Of a stretch of 64,000 nucleotides of DNA, positions 61,100 to 64,000 are shown piece by piece. The stretch's first letter is position 1. Each line of letters starts with the position of its first letter. Origin of the DNA: Takakia lepidozioides (lineage: Eukaryota > Plantae > Bryophyta); assembly GCA_030704615.1 (NCBI GenBank), contig CM060731.1, forward strand, positions 61,690,001 to 61,754,000. Direction: 5' to 3'. The notes under the pieces were generated by a model. The model ran no database searches. It worked only from the letters and a program-made list of their open reading frames with translations, and had not been told where the DNA came from. A program made the position numbers and the translations under genes.

Positions 61100-61900
61100 A
61101 GTGTAGGGATTGTGCACTATTGGATGAATGTCGTTGGGCATTGTGGCAAGTATGGCCATGGAGAGGCCCAGTGTTATGATTTTCACCCTGAGTTGCGACG
61201 AGGCCAGTTCCAAGGGAACAATGGTGGCCAAGGGCGAGGTGGAGCACCTCAGAGATGACGAGGTGGTCAGGCACAAGGTGTAGACGAGGTGGTCAGGCAC
61301 AATATGGCCAAGGACGTGGAGGTCACGGTGTTGACCAAGGCATGGCCAACCGGCTTCAGCAGCTAGAGCAAAAGTTTGTTGCCATGGCCACAACTCAAGT
61401 GGTTCTAGCTCCAAGACCAGAGGGTCCACCTCTTGTTCCTCCTCAGCAGCGTCATCCTAACGGAGGAGACATGACAGACATGGGAGGCATGGGATTTATG
61501 TGCATTTTGAAAATAACATTGTGGACTCTTGTGGAATCAGCTGCAACATGGACGAGGGTCTAACTTTTCATCCCCAATCATCCATAGGGATGAACCTTAT
61601 AGATATGTGCATGTCTACTTCATCCGCGTCATGTGAAAAGTGTAGGCAATCATGATTTTGACCGTTAACGACCGATGGAAGCGTGGGACGATCAAGAATG
61701 TTCTGTATGTCCCACAGTTAAAGATTTTTTTTTTTCCATAGGCCAAGCTACTGACAAGAATCTTCCAACTACTTATAACAAGAGTACTTGCAAACTGACT
61801 GATGCAGTAGGAAACATTGTGATGGAAGGAAGAAGGGACAGAAAGCTTTACAAGCTTGATATTGAGGTCATAGATCCAAATGATACTCAAGCAAAATAAT
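61100..61900 (+). mobile_element. Ty1/copia gag-pol relic (zinc knuckle, protease-like, post-protease region)
   Basis: HCGKYGHGEAQCYDFHPEL (CCHC knuckle), LVESAAT (degenerate DSGAT) and IKNVLYVPQLK..FFSIGQATDKN...MEGRRDRKLYKL. Frameshifted; no LTRs seen. Confidence 0.7.
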
Positions 61901-62499
61901 ATGCCCCACTTTTTAAATGTATTCCATAATTGCATGTAAGAACTGGTTTGATCATTTGATCACCAACTTCACGTATTGAGTTGAATTTTCCCAATTAATA
62001 CATGTCCTCCACAATCTGATTATATGGCAGCTAAATGAATGTCTCCCCCAAGAATCAGATTGAAATTCCAAAAATTGAGATAGATTGCTATATATGTGAA
62101 TCTTGGGGTTAGATAGTTAGATTTTGGCTTCCTTCCCAAATACACCCATGAGATAATATTGCTTTCTGATTCCTCTGATAAATACCAGTGTTGGACTGGT
62201 ATCATAAAAAAAATCATACTAGATTGGTCATGGAATCACAAAGGCCCGTATATCCCAAGACTGGCATGGTCCTGGTATTGGGGCAAAGGGGCCGGGCAGG
62301 TTATAGGAGGGGTATCAATAACCAAATTTTGTGGTTGTATAGCAGTAGGGTATCAACACTAACTTTTTTTCCATCTTATATGGGGGGAATATGAATATTG
62401 CTCGGGTAGGTATATATACCCAATATATTCAAGAGAATACCCAATAATCTGAAAAAAAAAAAAAAAACAAAAACAAAAAAAACCTTCACACTGGATCAC

Positions 62500-62585
62500 A
62501 ATTACTACTGAAATTACTATTACTATCAATACTACTATCACTATCATCACTATCACTATTACTATCATTATTACTATCACTATTA
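62500..62585. repeat. Degenerate (ACT/ATC/ATT)n trinucleotide microsatellite
   Basis: ATTACTACTGAAATTACTATTACTATCAATACTACTATCACTATCATCACTATCACTATT... Confidence 0.7.
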
Positions 62586-62714
62586 AGGTCCCTACACACC
62601 TAGTGTTGAGATATTGCTAGATATCGTTGCTAACACCAATTCAGGATGCCATGTAGGTATTTTGACATATCATAGAATATTTAACATCATCGATGGTAGT
62701 CAAAATTAGCACGT

Positions 62715-63269
62715 CATGTTTGGGCTTCACCCCTTCCCCCATCATTTCATCATAGGTCTCCAAAAGCCACCATCCCACGTCCCTGTTGTGCATACCCTAC
62801 AAGCATCGCGTGCCACGACACAACATCTTGTTCAGCCATAGTGTTGAAAACTCCCTTCGCATATGGTACAATTGCAGCTTTCGCAATGCAACCATGGACC
62901 TCTTTGCCCTTTTCCAGGGCTGCCAGGCTTACACACGCATTGCAAATGCACACAAACGTGATGTGGTTGGCCTTCACCCCTGCCCACGTCATTTGATCAT
63001 AGGTCTCCAAAGCCACTATCTGACGTCCCTGCAAGCATCGTGTGCCACGACACCACATCTTGTTCAGCCATAGCGTTGAAAACTCCCTTCGCATCCTCAA
63101 TGCACCCACATTTGGCATACATGTCCACCAGGGTATAGTGTTCAGAATGACATTTGGTACAATTCCAGCTTTGATGATGTCACCATGGACCTCTTTCCCC
63201 TTTTCCAGAACTCCCAGGCTTGCACACGCATTGCAAACACAAACAAATGTGATGTGGTTGGGCTTCATC
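62715..63269 (-). pseudogene. PLS-PPR pseudogene fragment, cut at its 5' side by a CACTA end
   Basis: [39 protein letters not shown]...[24 protein letters not shown], with frameshifts and a deletion. Confidence 0.85.
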
Positions 63270-64000
63270 CACTAGAAGCATTCGTGTCATTTACCACTGG
63301 GGTAACGACTCATTTTGAGTCGTAAAAGTCAAAAAACCAGGATCGACTGGAAGTTACAAACGACTAGTTACAACAGACGTGGAAGTTGGGTCGGACATCC
63401 AATGATTGGAGTGGTAAAACACGCAGATGCGCGAACAACTGCTCAACGATTATTGCGATTAATGTTGAAGAACCACGTGGCGTAACCAGGCGGGCCGCCC
63501 GTATGTCTGACCTTTTGGGCTGACTTTGACTTTTCCCTCCGAAATGAGTGGACTGACTCACCGGAGCGCGGTGACACATGGACGCGGACGTGGACGACGA
63601 TGTGGACACCGACGTGGCGGTGCCACGGCGAGCAGCACTGCTGCCACATGGCCACGGGCCGGGGGCGCCACGTGGTAGTTGACCACATAACTTGCAGTGC
63701 TACATGCCCATTGGCAACTACGACTGCGGAAGTCGGCGCAACCACTGCTTTACTACTTTAAATGAAGTGCTCGAAATTACTTGAACAATCACTGATAGTG
63801 GTTCATGCTTTGAAGTTTTGGTGTTTGTAATGAGCCGACTAGTACATACGCATGTAATGCCATACAAGAGAAGTAATCATGTCATTAGAAATGCGAAAAC
63901 AATGAAAGACATGCCATGAACAAAACAAAATGAAAATGAAATGAAATGAAACAAATGGTACTTTATTACATCTGCGGAAAGCTCAAAGAGCTTATGATAC
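63270..64000. mobile_element. Left end of a second CACTA element (runs out of the window)
   Basis: CACTAGAAG begins exactly where PPR homology stops, followed by ACGACT/AGTCG subterminal repeats. The other TIR and the TSD (predicted ATC) lie outside the window. Confidence 0.6.

Overview
Intron-rich nuclear DNA from a land plant. The PLS-PPR style and transposon repertoire suggest a non-seed plant such as a bryophyte; this is inference only. Host genes: the 3' end of a UDP-glycosyltransferase (1-783,+); a 6-exon LAZ1/TMEM184 transporter (-) divergent from a 7-exon proteasome assembly chaperone 2 gene (+); an intronless PLS-class PPR-DYW RNA-editing factor whose terminal DYW reads E-stop-W-stop; and a 6-exon FAD-dependent monooxygenase (-). 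About a third of the window is a 20.4-kb composite CACTA element (19733-40106, CACTAC TIRs, ACC target-site duplication) inserted in an F-box pseudogene. It holds decayed TnpD and TnpA genes, a second internal right end, an apparent ~11.7-kb internal inversion, three copies of an unclassified palindrome-rich repeat, and a 5'-truncated RNase H + restriction-like-endonuclease LINE (Dualen/RandI-like). It also carries a co-oriented, apparently intronless SET-domain gene next to the transposase, which is the best candidate for an undescribed system. The right part holds a Helitron-like array, MITEs, a PIF/Harbinger element, a Ty1/copia relic, OSB-type PDF-motif relics, two PPR pseudogenes and the left end of another CACTA. 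All calls come from reading motifs by eye; no database searches were run.
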